A stretch of DNA of 60,875 nt, taken from contig NGBS01000310.1 in NCBI GenBank assembly GCA_002245135.1, positions 62,001 to 122,875 of the forward strand. The letters run 5' to 3'. Made by a program: the position numbers and the translations under genes. Source of the DNA: Proteromonas lacertae (Eukaryota). The notes under the pieces are model-generated. The model did not search any database. It had not been told where the DNA came from and saw nothing but the letters and a program-made list of their open reading frames with translations. Positions 41,317 to 54,300 of this stretch are shown here, piece after piece (position 1 is the stretch's first letter; the number at the start of each line of letters is the position of its first letter).

Positions 41317-43402
41317 TTAATCTTTATGAGTAATTGATTGTAATTCAATTAAAGAATTTCCAGAACCACATGCAAATGAATATAATGGAGAAGGTAAATC
41401 TTTAACAAGTAAAACAGGAGATGAATTATTATGACTAATCCAAAATTCTCTTTTATTCATATCAACAATTACTTCATATATTGAACCATCTCCATGATTA
41501 TTGAAATTTGGATTTTTATTAACAGCTCTTCCAATATGACAATATGGAGTAATATTCACACTACTATCACCCCAAGCAGCATAGTTACATGTTGTAGATT
41601 GATTAAAAATATCTTTACAAGATAATGAATTATCAGTTGATAATCCTAACATTATTGAATCATTATTACTTCCATTTTGATTAAATTTATATTTGATATG
41701 ATAAACTCCATTTTCTATTTTCAAATTTAAATAACAATGATTCCAGCTTCCATTTGTATTTGTTATTAATTTTCCATTATTTGAGATTGATGTTCCATCA
41801 CTTTTGTTAAATTCTAAGGATATTTTGAATTTCATTTCACTTCGATTATTCTTACAACTTATTTCATATTCTCTCTTTTCGATTTCTTTATTCATTTTTC
41901 CATGAATTATTCCATTTTCTTTTTCTATCATTATTCCATCAGGTAAGGAAGGATTGATTGAAAATTCACATTTATCTCCATCAAATGAAGGAATTATTGA
42001 GATTTCTTCATTTAATATAAATAAATATTCAGATTGAGGATATGAAAATAATGATATTTCTTTTGTATTTAATTCTTCCAATAATTCTTTATCCAATATT
42101 ATTTTACTCATTTCTTCTTCATCTTTTTCACTCAATTTCATTTCTTGAATGTATTGAATTAATAATTCTTTGGATTTTTTGCTTAAACAATATTCATTGT
42201 TAAATATTCTATATAAAATTTCTTTTCCACAAAGATATTTCATTGTTGTTATTGATTCTTTATCATCAACAAATAAACATAAACATTTTAATGTTCGATT
42301 TCTTTTACATCTATTGAATTCAACACATATTCTTCCTAATAAAACATTCTTCATTTCATTTGGAATAACCTGATCATATTTCATTTTCATTAATATCTTT
42401 AATATTATTTCTACCAACTTTATATCATCATTACTTAATAATTTTACTAAATCTTCTTTCATTTCTTCTTTATCCAACATTTTTATCTCATTTTCATTTA
42501 ATTCTATTTCACTTTCTTCATCAATGTAATATTTGTTTATTTTCATTTTCAACTCTTCATTATCTATATCATCTATATCAACATAAATATGATTACTATC
42601 ATATTCACAAATTTCAATACCCAACTCTTTTAATTCACTCACATTTTCTTCTTCAATTTCTTCTTTCTTTATCTCATTTAAATAAACTTTTGTTTTTATT
42701 ATTGTAATAAACTCATTCAACTCATCTTCATTTTCTTCTTTAGCTTTTAATATACTCTTATACCATCTCAATAATCGATTTAATAACCACGTCTCATTCT
42801 TCATTATCAATTTTTTAATATTCAAAATGAATTTTAAAGAATCTAAATTCAGTTTTAAAAATAATTTATCTATTCAAATAAAATATAATATTATACCATC
42901 ATTTAAGTATTTAAAACCATTCTTAATTATATATTCTTCACTGATTTCTTTCAATTCATTCAGTTGGCTTATATTTATTTCATTTAACATTGAGAATATT
43001 TCAATCATTATTAAATCATTTAAATGACTTTTCAAATATCTTTTACATACTCTCATTATTCGATTATCATTGTAATACACACTGAATTTCAAAATATCAC
43101 AGATATTACTCTCATTTAATTCCATATAACCACCACTGTAGTATTTCTCTATCTCTAAAAATGAGTTTATTTCACATTTTTCAAACAGTTCTAATACTCC
43201 ATTCTGCTTTTCATCCATCAATAATTTTTTAATTGTATCATTGCCATTCATTAATATACTTTTTATACAGGTTATCTCTTCTCTTCCTACTTTCACTTTC
43301 AAATCACCATAACCATTATTCACTAGGATTCGACTGAGTCTATAAACTATATTATAATTATTTATACCCATTTTCACCAATTTCATTATCAATTACTTTC
43401 AT
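41317..43402 (-). CDS. BTB-BACK + Ig-like + SPRY/B30.2-like protein
   Basis: GDLKVKVGREEITCIKSIL...ELNESNICDIL; FSINPSLPDGIMIEKENGIIHG; IMLGL...YEVIVDMNKREFWISHN...LPSPLY; two introns. Confidence 0.75.
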
Positions 43403-43815
43403 TTCAGCAAAATATTGATTTTGGAATTATTTTTGTAATAGATTCGTTTCGTTCTCATTCAAATCAGTTACATTGAATAAATCAAGAATAAGAAATGATA
43501 GATACAGATAAGAATATGTAATGAATACAATGAGCATAATTGTAATGAAAAATTTATGAAAGATATATTATAATTGCTCAGAAAGTGATTTTGATAAGTT
43601 GATTATTTATTGTTATAATGTTGATATATACCAATAGAATAATGTTTTTTATTCAGATATTTTATAATATTTACTCTTCTTAAACATTTTTTAACTTCAG
43701 GTTGTTCAATTGCATACAGTATATCAATATTAATATAGTATTCATTTATCTCACTTAAATATCTACAAACAATCAAACTATATTTCAAATTTTCAAAATT
43801 TATTAATTACCATTA

Positions 43816-45586
43816 TTATAGAAGATCTACATCACTTACTTTCACTGGAATTAATTGATAAGATTTCTTTCTTCGATTTTGACATTTATCATATATCGAA
43901 TACCATAAACAACAACTAGCACAGATTCCACAGATCAAACTTAAATAATAAATATATGGAGTAATATAATATTCTGAATTATTCACTGATTCATTATTAT
44001 TTCCACTAATCAAACCAACACCCAAGCTCCATTCTACTTCACCGCCATTTACATTACCAACAAAATGGACATTATGACTATCACTACTAAATCCATATCC
44101 TTCATGTAATAACACTAAAATATAACTTAATTGAAAACATCGATAAGGTAATGTTCCAGCATCTGTATATTTATCACTGTCTTTATAATTTGTGCTTAAT
44201 TTATCCCAAGGAATTTCACATAATGCTTTTGTTCCTTTTTCTAAATCATTTATACTGGGGGTTTTATTTTCATTTATATCTAATAAGTTTGTATAGGATT
44301 TAATTGAATTTAAGGCGAAGTAGAATAAGCTCATGGCGTAGAATTCACCTCGAACTGGTGGGATGTTTAAACCAAATAATTTACAACTTACAAAATCAAA
44401 ATTAAAGAAATATACAAAAATAAAAAATGATATTAAAAAAATGATATTTGTTCCATTACAATTTGAATCAGGTTTTAATAATAATGCTATTAAATTATGA
44501 CATTCTTCATAATTCCCTGTTCCAACTGTCTTTAATGATGGATATGAACTATGGTTATCAATATAACCATTATGATAACAGGGATTATTTATCATTGAAT
44601 TATTATTATTTAAATATTTTTCTCGATTCATTAATATATATCTAATAAATCGATCTCTAATTTGTTCAGCACCAAATCCTAAAAAACTATACATAAATCT
44701 ATTTAAATAATAATGATAAATAATAATAACTATACAGTTTATTTGGATCTAATGGATCAGATTGTTTATATTCTGTTGGTTCAAATAATATTTGTGTTGA
44801 AGCTCCACCTAAATCTAAAGAACCAAGAGTTTGTTTCAATCTTTTCAAATTTGCAGATATTGATCCACCTAAATAATTTGCAGCTAACCATCCATAATAT
44901 GCTTCATCTTTACCTGATATTGTCTTCAATGAATCTCGATTTAAATTAAACAAAAATCCATCATTCTTAAATCCTTCATATATATTATCATATATTGCCT
45001 TTTGAGTTTCTGCTGGTAATAATCTCATCCCTGCTGTAGCAAATACATAGATTGATACATCCTTTTGTTTAGAATATGGAATTACTGTTTTGGCATAGTT
45101 AAATAGACTTTGATAGGAAATTTTATAAACATCATTTGGATGTGAAGCAAATGAACTTAATCCTGGTTTTTGCTTTTTTGTTCCTATTTCTTTGATTCCT
45201 GTTAATTCACTCTTTTTGTTACGTTCAAATTGGAAAATGTGCAATCGAGATCCAGTACTATTTAAAAAGTATTTATATAATATATAATTCATAATTCATA
45301 CCTTCCAGCATCAACAACCATTGCATACATTGGACTTATATTCACTTCTCTTTTTGAAAAGAGTAAATGTAATACCAACACTATAATAATATTATTAAAA
45401 GGAAAAAGAAAATACAAAAAGTAAGAATGATTGTTGGAAGTAGTTGAGGTATATCTCTAGCAAACTTACACTATTGTAAATATTGATAAAAGCATATACA
45501 GGTACATATAACATTCTCATAAGATATATTTCACAAGAGGAAGGTGATTCAAGCATCATATCAGGGTTATTTGAATGATCTTTCAT
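43816..45586 (-). CDS. Apyrase / E-NTPDase (GDA1/CD39 family)
   Basis: ACR motifs DAGSTGSR, KPGLSSF, ATAGMRLL, SGKDEAYYGWLAANY, DLGGASTQI, SFLGFG, EWSLG. Confidence 0.95.
44388..44447 (-). other. U12-like AT-AA intron in apyrase (60 nt, phase 1)
   Basis: ACA A|ATATCATTT...TTTCTTTAAT-TTTGATTTTGTAA|GT; removal deletes an implausible T-rich 20-aa insert and gives CNGTSCKLFG. Confidence 0.7.
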
Positions 45587-45710
45587 GCAGTTATAAACTT
45601 ATTCTCTAAAATAACGCTCTAGTTTTTCAGCTACAGGATCAATTTAAAAAACTGAGCTTGAATTTGAATCACTTCCCTCTGACATCAAAAAGTCGCTTTA
45701 TGAAACGAAT

Positions 45711-46641
45711 ATGAGCCACTTTGAATTTTCTGAAGTTTTACCTAATGCAGATGTCGATTTTACTGAATATTTTGAATATGTATGTCTAGAGATTGATAGT
45801 CAATATGCCAGCACAACATTGAAAGATTTAACAAAGAAATTTCCATTACCACTTGAAGTATTGATTATTTTGTTAATTTGTTAGTTGAAAGATATAAAAA
45901 GAGCAAGAAAATATCCTGATAAAACTATCAAAAAAGTTCAATTATTACTCGTTCCGAAAGAAGATAAAGACAAACCAGAATCATTTTTATCATCTTTAGA
46001 AATACCATATTCAATTTCTGATTGTCTAATTCCAAAACATAAACCACTCACAACAGAACAGTTCAACATTTGTAATTCAATGTGGCCAATTTCGTTTCGT
46101 TATAATACTATGTACAATCCACTAACACCAAAACAAATCACTGAAATGATTCCATTTATGAAAGAAGCAATTGAACAAGCCAAAATAGGAATAAATAAAG
46201 GATTTGTAGGAATAGGTGGTATAATAGTAAATCCAAAAGATAATTCTATAATTGCAAAATCATATGATACTAGCAGAGATAAATCTGAAAATATAATTGG
46301 TCATCCATTACATCATTGTACGATGAATTTAATTGAAGAATTATCAACACAATTATCATCTTATATTAATAGAAAAAGAGATCATCCTGCTGGTTTAGAT
46401 GATCAATATCTCTGTACAGGTTATGATATATATTTGACAAGAGAACCGTGTATTATGTGTTCAATGGCTTTAGTTCACAGTAGAATAGCTAGAATAATAT
46501 GGTGTAGATAATAAAAATGCTGGTGGTGTAGGATCTAGATATATATTACATAGTTATTCTAGTATTAATCACCATTATAAAGTCTATCGTTATTTATTAT
46601 ATGATGAGTGTAATAATTTGTATAATTCTCTTAGTATTTAA
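45711..46641 (+). CDS. ADAT3: tRNA adenosine-34 deaminase subunit Tad3/ADAT3, with apparent frameshift at about 46497
   Basis: WPISF, HPLHHCTM (no catalytic Glu), YLCTGYDIYLTREPCIMCSMALVHSRI; the conserved GGVGS...INHHYKVY tail lies in another frame. Confidence 0.88.
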
Positions 46642-46744
46642 CTTTAATAAATAAATTTTCCTTATTATTTATCGTTTTTTATTGCTTGTGATGTTTTTCT
46701 ATTTTCGATAGGTTTGATTCCCTCAAGTTCCGTTTTTAATAAAA

Positions 46745-48650
46745 ATGTCTTTTGTATAACATATACATCTATCTTAGAAAAAATATCATCAAAGTAAAGA
46801 AGAAATCAAGTTTTTCCTAGATTCTCAAATGCCAAAAGACATTGAAGAACAACTTACACAACAAATGACATTTACAAAACTGACACACACATTACAATCA
46901 GATAAAACTATACTAAAGCAAATAAAAGAATTAGTTGTATTAAAATAAGTGTAATAAAATAATAGGAAATGCACAATTTAACACCTAATGGAGCAATATT
47001 GTTCAGAAGCAAACATTCACAAGAATTATTAGTAAGAGTGTTATATAGAAATAAAGGAAAAGCCGAAATTGAAGTATTGATAATTTAGTTTATAAATTAG
47101 GAAGCTATAATTCAAGCATTTGCATTAATAGCTGGACCTTATACAGGTGATTTTATGACAACAAAAATATTAGTTTTAGGTAAATATTACAAATTATTTA
47201 TAAAAGAAATACCAAATTATAGAGATAAACCATTAATATTAGTATAATTCTGTATATATAATCACCTTAGCATTATATATTAATAATATTACTTGGAATG
47301 ACTGTTGTAGATGTTGAAAAGATGTTGGATCTGATCGTTAAACCAATATTTTTTGAGTGTTATTTTCCATATTTTACAATTACATCAACTGCAGAGTTTA
47401 TTAGCGATTTATGTAAATTATTGTATAATTATATTCATTTATTATATAATAGTTATACTATATTAAAATATGGAAGTGATAAACAATGTGAATGTTTGAC
47501 AATGATGGTTCATAATCATTATGAAGGATTTGAATTGTTATTGTCTTTATTAGAAGATTTGAATATTGACAAAGTTAAAGAAAGTGAAAGTGAAAATAAG
47601 CATTCTGAGCATTCCCAACACTCAGTTCATTCTGAATTTTCTGATGATTTTGAAGATAGTTTTGAGTGTAGTAGTAGTAGTAGTAGTAGTGGAAAGACAA
47701 ATACAAATGAAAACGCAAATATAAACACAAACACCATATCTGACAAAGATAAAGATGAAAAAATAAATAATGACAATTACAATGTAAATGAAGAAGAAAT
47801 AAATGAATTACATATGCAACTTGTTAGTGTACTTTGTGGAATGGGAGCAAGATGTCCTTTAATATGTGAAAGAGTATATAAACATTTTATAATGAATATA
47901 TCTAAGTATAGTTCAAACCAATTGGAATGAAGAACAAAATATACAATTACATATACAAATATATCGAATGTAAAGATATTCAATTTTTCTTTCCCACTGT
48001 ATATATATATAATCAATTTAATCATAGTTTATAGTAAATATATTTACTAATCGTTCCTTAGTTCCATCTCTTTATCCTCCATCTCCATCTCCACTAATGG
48101 TTCAATCACGTAAAACTTCTCCAATAATTTCACCACCACACAAGAATGTTCAATATGATTCAAGTAATAGATATTCACCTACAAAATCACCATCTGAATC
48201 GCCTCGTCATCGTGAAGAAATACATACTCCATTATTTGAGAGAGTAAAATCAAAAAGAAATTTGAAAAGGCCTGTTTCTGCTTCATTGCCAAGAACAAAA
48301 AGAATAAGTGATGATTTGTATGAAGTAAAGGAGTATATATAATGTTATAATATTTTTATTATATATTTAATAGTTATCCATATGGATATAGAAACAGAAT
48401 AAAAAGAAGACCTCAATCTGCTATACCAAAATCATCAGCAGAAAAACCAAATGAAGTGAAAAGTGATTTGAATAACATAAATAAACCAAAAACAAGAAAT
48501 AGTTTTATGAAAGAGTTGTTAGAAATGCAAAAAAACAAAAAGACTAAAGAAAAGGTGAAGATTGAGTTGAAAGAATGTATAAAAGCATATAATTTAGCTC
48601 CAAGTCAGAAATCCTATCTGAAGAAATACTTATCAAAAACAAAGCAGTAG
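46745..48650 (+). CDS. Hypothetical multi-exon protein
   Basis: ORFs 47298-47930, 48097-48342 and 48456-48650 joinable via GT-AG introns; start uncertain. Confidence 0.5.
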
Positions 48651-48776
48651 TTAGAATCTGCGCTACATTAGTACATTAGTATAATTATTTATGTGATATT
48701 ACAATCCTAAAAAAAAAACATATTACAAAAAAAAATATCGTTTCAAATCATGTGATTTTCATAAAAAAACGATTGA

Positions 48777-49956
48777 ATGATAGATAATATACCGCAAGGT
48801 GAAAAATGCAACAGTGAATACATCTGTTTTCGTTTCGTATTTTTATTATCAGTATACCATGTTTCAGGAAAGAGCTATAGAAATGATGAAATCTCAAACT
48901 AAAACGAGACATCAGCAATTGATTTATAACCTGTCAGATACAACAAATTTGATTTGTAAATCATTATTCTGTATAAGATGCTTTACACATTATTCTTCTA
49001 ATAGTATCCAACAACGAAGTAAATGTCATTATATACTCATATTTGAACATGTGGTCTAATGACCCACAATATGATTATGTAGATAGAAAAGCTATCGAAT
49101 CTTGTTTTGAATCAGAGAATAGAGGATTCATAACTTCATTTTTTAAGAATGAGCAAGTTTCCTGTGATGATTATGTGTTGTTTATTTGTTTTTTTCTGTT
49201 CTACGATAACAAAGACATTTTAACGATTTTATTATCAATGATTGGAGTTCAAAGTAATATTTTTATATCCAATATTCAAGTCAGTCAATTTATCCGAACA
49301 TATTCATTAAATTTGAATAATAGTCAAGAAGAAGAATATATCTTTAAATTAATATCTGAGCAATTATTTTCAGAGTATTTATATTCATAATAAAATCTTA
49401 TACTAATAGATGTCAATCAGACCAATGTAGTTTAAAGTCTTTTCAATCATTTATGATGAAAGATAAACTGTTCATATTAAGACTGACTGGATTAAGACAA
49501 GACATTAGTCATTTAACATTGAATTTCGAAGATATTGATAAAATAATAATAAGAAACTATTATTACTATGAAAGAATAAGCAACAAAATGATAGAAGATG
49601 AAGAAAATACAAGAATAAAAATATCAAAAGAATCTTGTATATGCAAAATCAATAGAATAATATTTACATCTAAACCAGATCCATTCTATTGTGACTTTTG
49701 TCTTACATCTGATATAGATAATGTTAGAATTGATGTTATAGGTAAGATAAAGTCAAAATTCTGTTTAAGAAGAAGAAGCACATCAACTTGTTTTACAACT
49801 TCATGCAGATCTAAGTCTTTAGGATCAAGAAAAGTAACAGAGAATAGAATAATTCTTCCAGTTAGTTCTTCATCTACATTTAGTAGAACAATCCCCTCAA
49901 AAGAGTATTCTACTAGTAACAAAAATAAAATATTTCCTTCCCTTTCTGATAGTTAG
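48777..49956 (+). CDS. Tandem family copy A (degenerate EF-hand-like central region)
   Basis: Shared exon structure and motifs CKxLF, SNNEVN, ESC, SKPxPxxxDF, IxP with the three following genes. Confidence 0.7.
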
Positions 49957-50704
49957 TTAAGACATATTAGTATTCTCATATTTTGTCAATAATTCACATA
50001 TATTTAGTTAATAAATAGTATTTATGATGGTTTGTTAATATCGTGTATGTTTATCTTCATTTAGATATGTTTGTCCCAATTAAATAGAAATATATCTGTT
50101 TCTCATAACGAATCTATTTTTTAAATGAAATTTTAATTTGATTGAAATTGTGGATCATAATCATATTATGTGAATATATGAATGTTCAATTTTATCAATA
50201 ACTATTTTGATATTTGAGAAGTTTAATATAATAGAGAAGATTAAAATGGATTAACTAGAAATACAAGCTCAATAGCTAAATTTATAAGCACAATATCACA
50301 ACAAGAACTAGTAGGGGTGAGACAAATAACTTACGGAATACACTCCCAGTGTGATACTGTATGAAGGAAAGTAAAGTCAATGTTAACAAAGTTATAGATC
50401 AAGAGTAGTTATAATAAAAGATTGAATTATAGTTAATGTAGATTCTATTCTATTCTGAAAGAAATTGGTAATGACGAACTTTATGAAATGAAATAAAATA
50501 AAGAACTAACAGAAAGACGAGATTGGATGTAGAAAAGAGTATAAAAATGTATAATTGAAATGAAGTATGATAAATTTTAAATAGAAAAACTTATCCACTT
50601 CAAAGAATGTTTAAATAAATGCTTATCAATAAAATGAAGTAATTATATAATAATATTGTTTTTGTTTTATCCCAAATAATGTGATATTCAAAAAATATTC
50701 GTAC

Positions 50705-51347
50705 AATTTTGTTGTTCCCCGTATGGCGGAAATCCCCGTATGGCGGAACTCTATATTCCAGAATGATTCAATCAAAACTAATATGATATTCATGATGTTC
50801 GGAGTTAGTTATTAACAAATATATAGTTTGTCATATGACCTACATCTGTGATATACTTTTTTATGAACTTCATTATTATCAATATTAAACTAATTTTCAT
50901 TACATTCTCTATTTTAATGTATCAGTCACTAATACAGTCTAAAATACATTATCTGATATGAATATATTACAATAAATTTAAAAAAAGCTTATTTAAAAAA
51001 GAAATTGAACAGAAGGCTTGAGTGAGGCTTGAACTTATTTTTTCTTATTTCTTTTTTCAGAACCTTAATATAAAAAAGAATGTATTTTATTCATATCAAA
51101 TAATGTATTTTAGACTGTATTAGTGACTGATACATTAAAATAGAGAATGTAATGAAAATTAGTTTAATATTGATAATAATGAAGTTCATAAAAAAGTATA
51201 TCACAGATGTAGGTCATATGACAAACTATATATTTGTTAATAACTAACTCCGAACATCATGAATATCATATTAGTTTTGATTGAATCATTCTGGAATATA
51301 GAGTTCCGCCATACGGGGATTTCCGCCATACGGGGAACAACAAAATT
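50705..51347. mobile_element. Non-autonomous foldback/MITE DNA element: 260-bp inverted arms around a 123-bp spacer
   Basis: 50705-50964 is the reverse complement of 51088-51347 (one mismatch noticed, no indel); tandem TCCCCGTATGGCGGAA near each end; outer AATT may be a target-site duplication; no ORF. Confidence 0.88.
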
Positions 51348-51376
51348 TATCTGATTTGGTATTAAACAAGATAATC

Positions 51377-52565
51377 ATGTCTAACGCTATATTGCTTAGT
51401 AAAAGGAGTATGATTGAGGGCAACACTTTTCTTTATGTATATTGAGGTACACTATAGTCTGTTTCAGGAAAGAGCATTAGAAATGATGAAGTCTCAGACT
51501 AAAACAAGACATCAGCAATTGATTTATAACCTGTCAGATACAACAAATTTGATTTGTAAATCATTATTCTGTATAAGATGCTTTACACATTATTCTTCTA
51601 ATAGTATCCAACAACGAAGTAAATGTCATTATATACTCATATTTGAACATGTGGTCTAATGACCCACAATATGATTATGTAGATAGAAAAGCTATCGAAT
51701 CTTGTTTTGAATCAGAGAATAGAGGATTCATAACTTCATTTTTTAAGAATGAGCAAGTTTCCTGTGATGATTATGTGTTGTTTATTTGTTTTTTTCTGTT
51801 CTACGATAACAAAGACATTTTAACGATTTTATTATTAATGATTGGAGTTCAAAGTAATATTTTTATATCCAATATTCAAGTCAGTCAATTTATCCGAACA
51901 TATTCATTAAATTTGAATAATAGTCAAGAAGAAGAATATATCTTTAAATTAATATCTGAGCAATTATTTTCAGAGTATATATAATATAAAAATTAAGAAT
52001 ATTTTCTCTTGATAGATATGAAAGTAATCAATTTGATTTGAAGTCGTTTCAATCATTTATTTTGAAAGATAAACTGTTCATATTAAGACTGACTGGATTA
52101 AGACAAGACATTAGTCATTTGACATTGAATTTTGAGGCTATTGATCAAATATTAATCAGGAATTATTATTATTACAGCATTTTAGAAAAGAAAAAAAGTA
52201 ATGAAACAAAAAATACTGAAATAGAAATACCTAAAGAATCTTGTATATGTAAATTCCACATATTAGTATTTACATCCAAGCCAGATCCATATTACTGTGA
52301 TTTCTGTGTTGATTGTCAAGCTGACAATATTAGACTTGATATTGTAAGTAAGATAAAATTAAAGTTCGGTTTCACGAGAAGAAGTAAATCAACACACTTT
52401 AAAACATCCATCTCGTCAAAGTCGTTAGGATCAGGTAAACGGAGAGAGAGAAGAATAATACTTCCAGTTAGTCATTCATCAACCAATAGCAAAATATCTC
52501 CTTCCAAGAAATACTCTTACAACAACAATAATATAAGAGTATACCCTTCAAATTCTGTTTGTTAG
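51377..52565 (+). CDS. Tandem family copy B
   Basis: ATG 51377 and the same intron positions; middle exons nearly identical to copy A. Confidence 0.7.
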
Positions 52566-52715
52566 TCTGTGTACATTCTTTATCATAATTTCTTATATTA
52601 TAGATGTATTCATGTCCTTAGTTCATTAATATTCTATATTTTAATTTTTAATATTCTGTTTAGGAGTTTCTAAGAAAATAAATTAAAATATGTCCGTTTT
52701 TAAGATTTGTTGTTT

Positions 52716-53923
52716 ATGTCTTTACTCTCAACAGGATCAGTGTACAGCGTATCTTACACATATAACTGCTCCTATGTATATTTAATTATGTCAAATGTAG
52801 AAAAATGCTGAACTGTTGTTGAGAAAAGAGATTAAGAAAAGAAAGCAGAAGCTATGTTTTCCTATTTATTATACAACTCTCTTAATTTGTAAAACTCTAT
52901 TTTGTATAACTTATTCTATATTTTTGTTGTTAGTATCAAATAATGAAGTGAATCTTATAATAGCTAGGTATTTGTCGTTATGGAACAAGCATCCTAATGT
53001 GGAATGCGTATATAGAAGTGAAATAGAAGAGTGTTTTTCTCCAGATAATAGAGGATTTGTAACAGCATTCTTTTTGGATGAAAAAGTGAGTTGTAATGAT
53101 TTTGTTCTATTTGTCTTTTTCTTTTTGTTTTATACTAAAGAAGATATCTTGAATGTACTAATAGCAATGGTTGGCATAAATAGTAAATTATTTATAACAA
53201 AAGAACAAATAATTCTGTTTTTCAACACCTACAATTTAGATATAACAAATTATTGTGAATTAGTATATATGTTAGATTTATCTAAACCAATTTTGCCGAA
53301 GTATCTATATTGCTTATAGTCATTTCTTGTTTAATAGTTATCCATCTGAAGCGTATAGTTTAAAAACATTTCAAACTTCATTAATACATAACAAATCGTT
53401 TTTATCAGAATTGAGTAAACTGAAAGAAGATATAAGTAATTTAACCATAGATTATGAATCTGTAGACAAAATAATACTGAGAATGAGTTATTATAACAAA
53501 TTATTAACAAAATCAGAGGCAATATTAGAAAAAGCAGTTGATGATAAGATTGATATTAAAGAATATCCAAGAGAATCTTGTACATCGAAATTAAATAGAT
53601 TCTTCTTTTCTAACAAGCCAAATCCTTATCATTATGATTTTAGCATAGTTTACTTACCTGAAACAGCAAAGAATGATGTTATTCTACAAATCAAACAAAG
53701 ATTTCATCTTTCAAAGAAGGATAGTCTAACATGTTTCAAAATATCTTTTAGTATTTATTATTATCTACTAATATATATTACTTTAGATAAAAATAGTCAG
53801 CAACCATCTAATAATATAATAATATACCCTTCAACGAATTCTCCCAGTGATCCTGGTTTTAGATCACCTTTATATTCTAATCGAAGTAACAATAAAGTTT
53901 ATCCATATAAAGAAGATTTTTAG
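52716..53923 (+). CDS. Tandem family copy C
   Basis: Same motifs and intron positions, more divergent. Confidence 0.7.
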
Positions 53924-54300
53924 AATATTGTAAATAGTCTATAGGATGGAATTATATATGATTTACCTTAATGTAAATAGTTAATATTATAGGATATATA
54001 AATATACATGATTGAAATACATTTAATGTAAATAAACCAGTTTACAATTTAAAATCCTTAGTTTATACATATTTCTTAATATTTTATAATGTTTCTTTTG
54101 TCTATCCCCAAACCTAAGTGTTATTACAACTAATCATAAACACTATAAATAAAGTGAGTTAATTATATTTATAACTACCTCTGAAACGATTTGATAAATG
54201 GAATTACTTTGTTTTCTTTCTATCATAAGAATTACGTCACTAATTAAAAAATAGTCGTTTTAGTAGGTTTTTATTTGTTGTTTTTAAATTTATTTAGAGT

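Noticed and set aside
43603..43788. 61-aa ORF downstream of apyrase
   Set aside because: Non-ATG start and no recognisable motif
1..48650. Alternative genetic code or stop readthrough to explain fragmented ORFs
   Set aside because: Breaks are explained by short introns; long intronless ORFs such as the actin exon and integrase use standard stops
50250..50640. Purine-rich stretch with a faint resemblance to the BTB-family middle region (MKYD)
   Set aside because: Many stops and too little similarity to support a pseudogene call
50716..50748. Two direct 16-bp repeats as a CRISPR-like array
   Set aside because: Only two adjacent copies without spacers; they are sub-terminal repeats of the foldback element in a eukaryote
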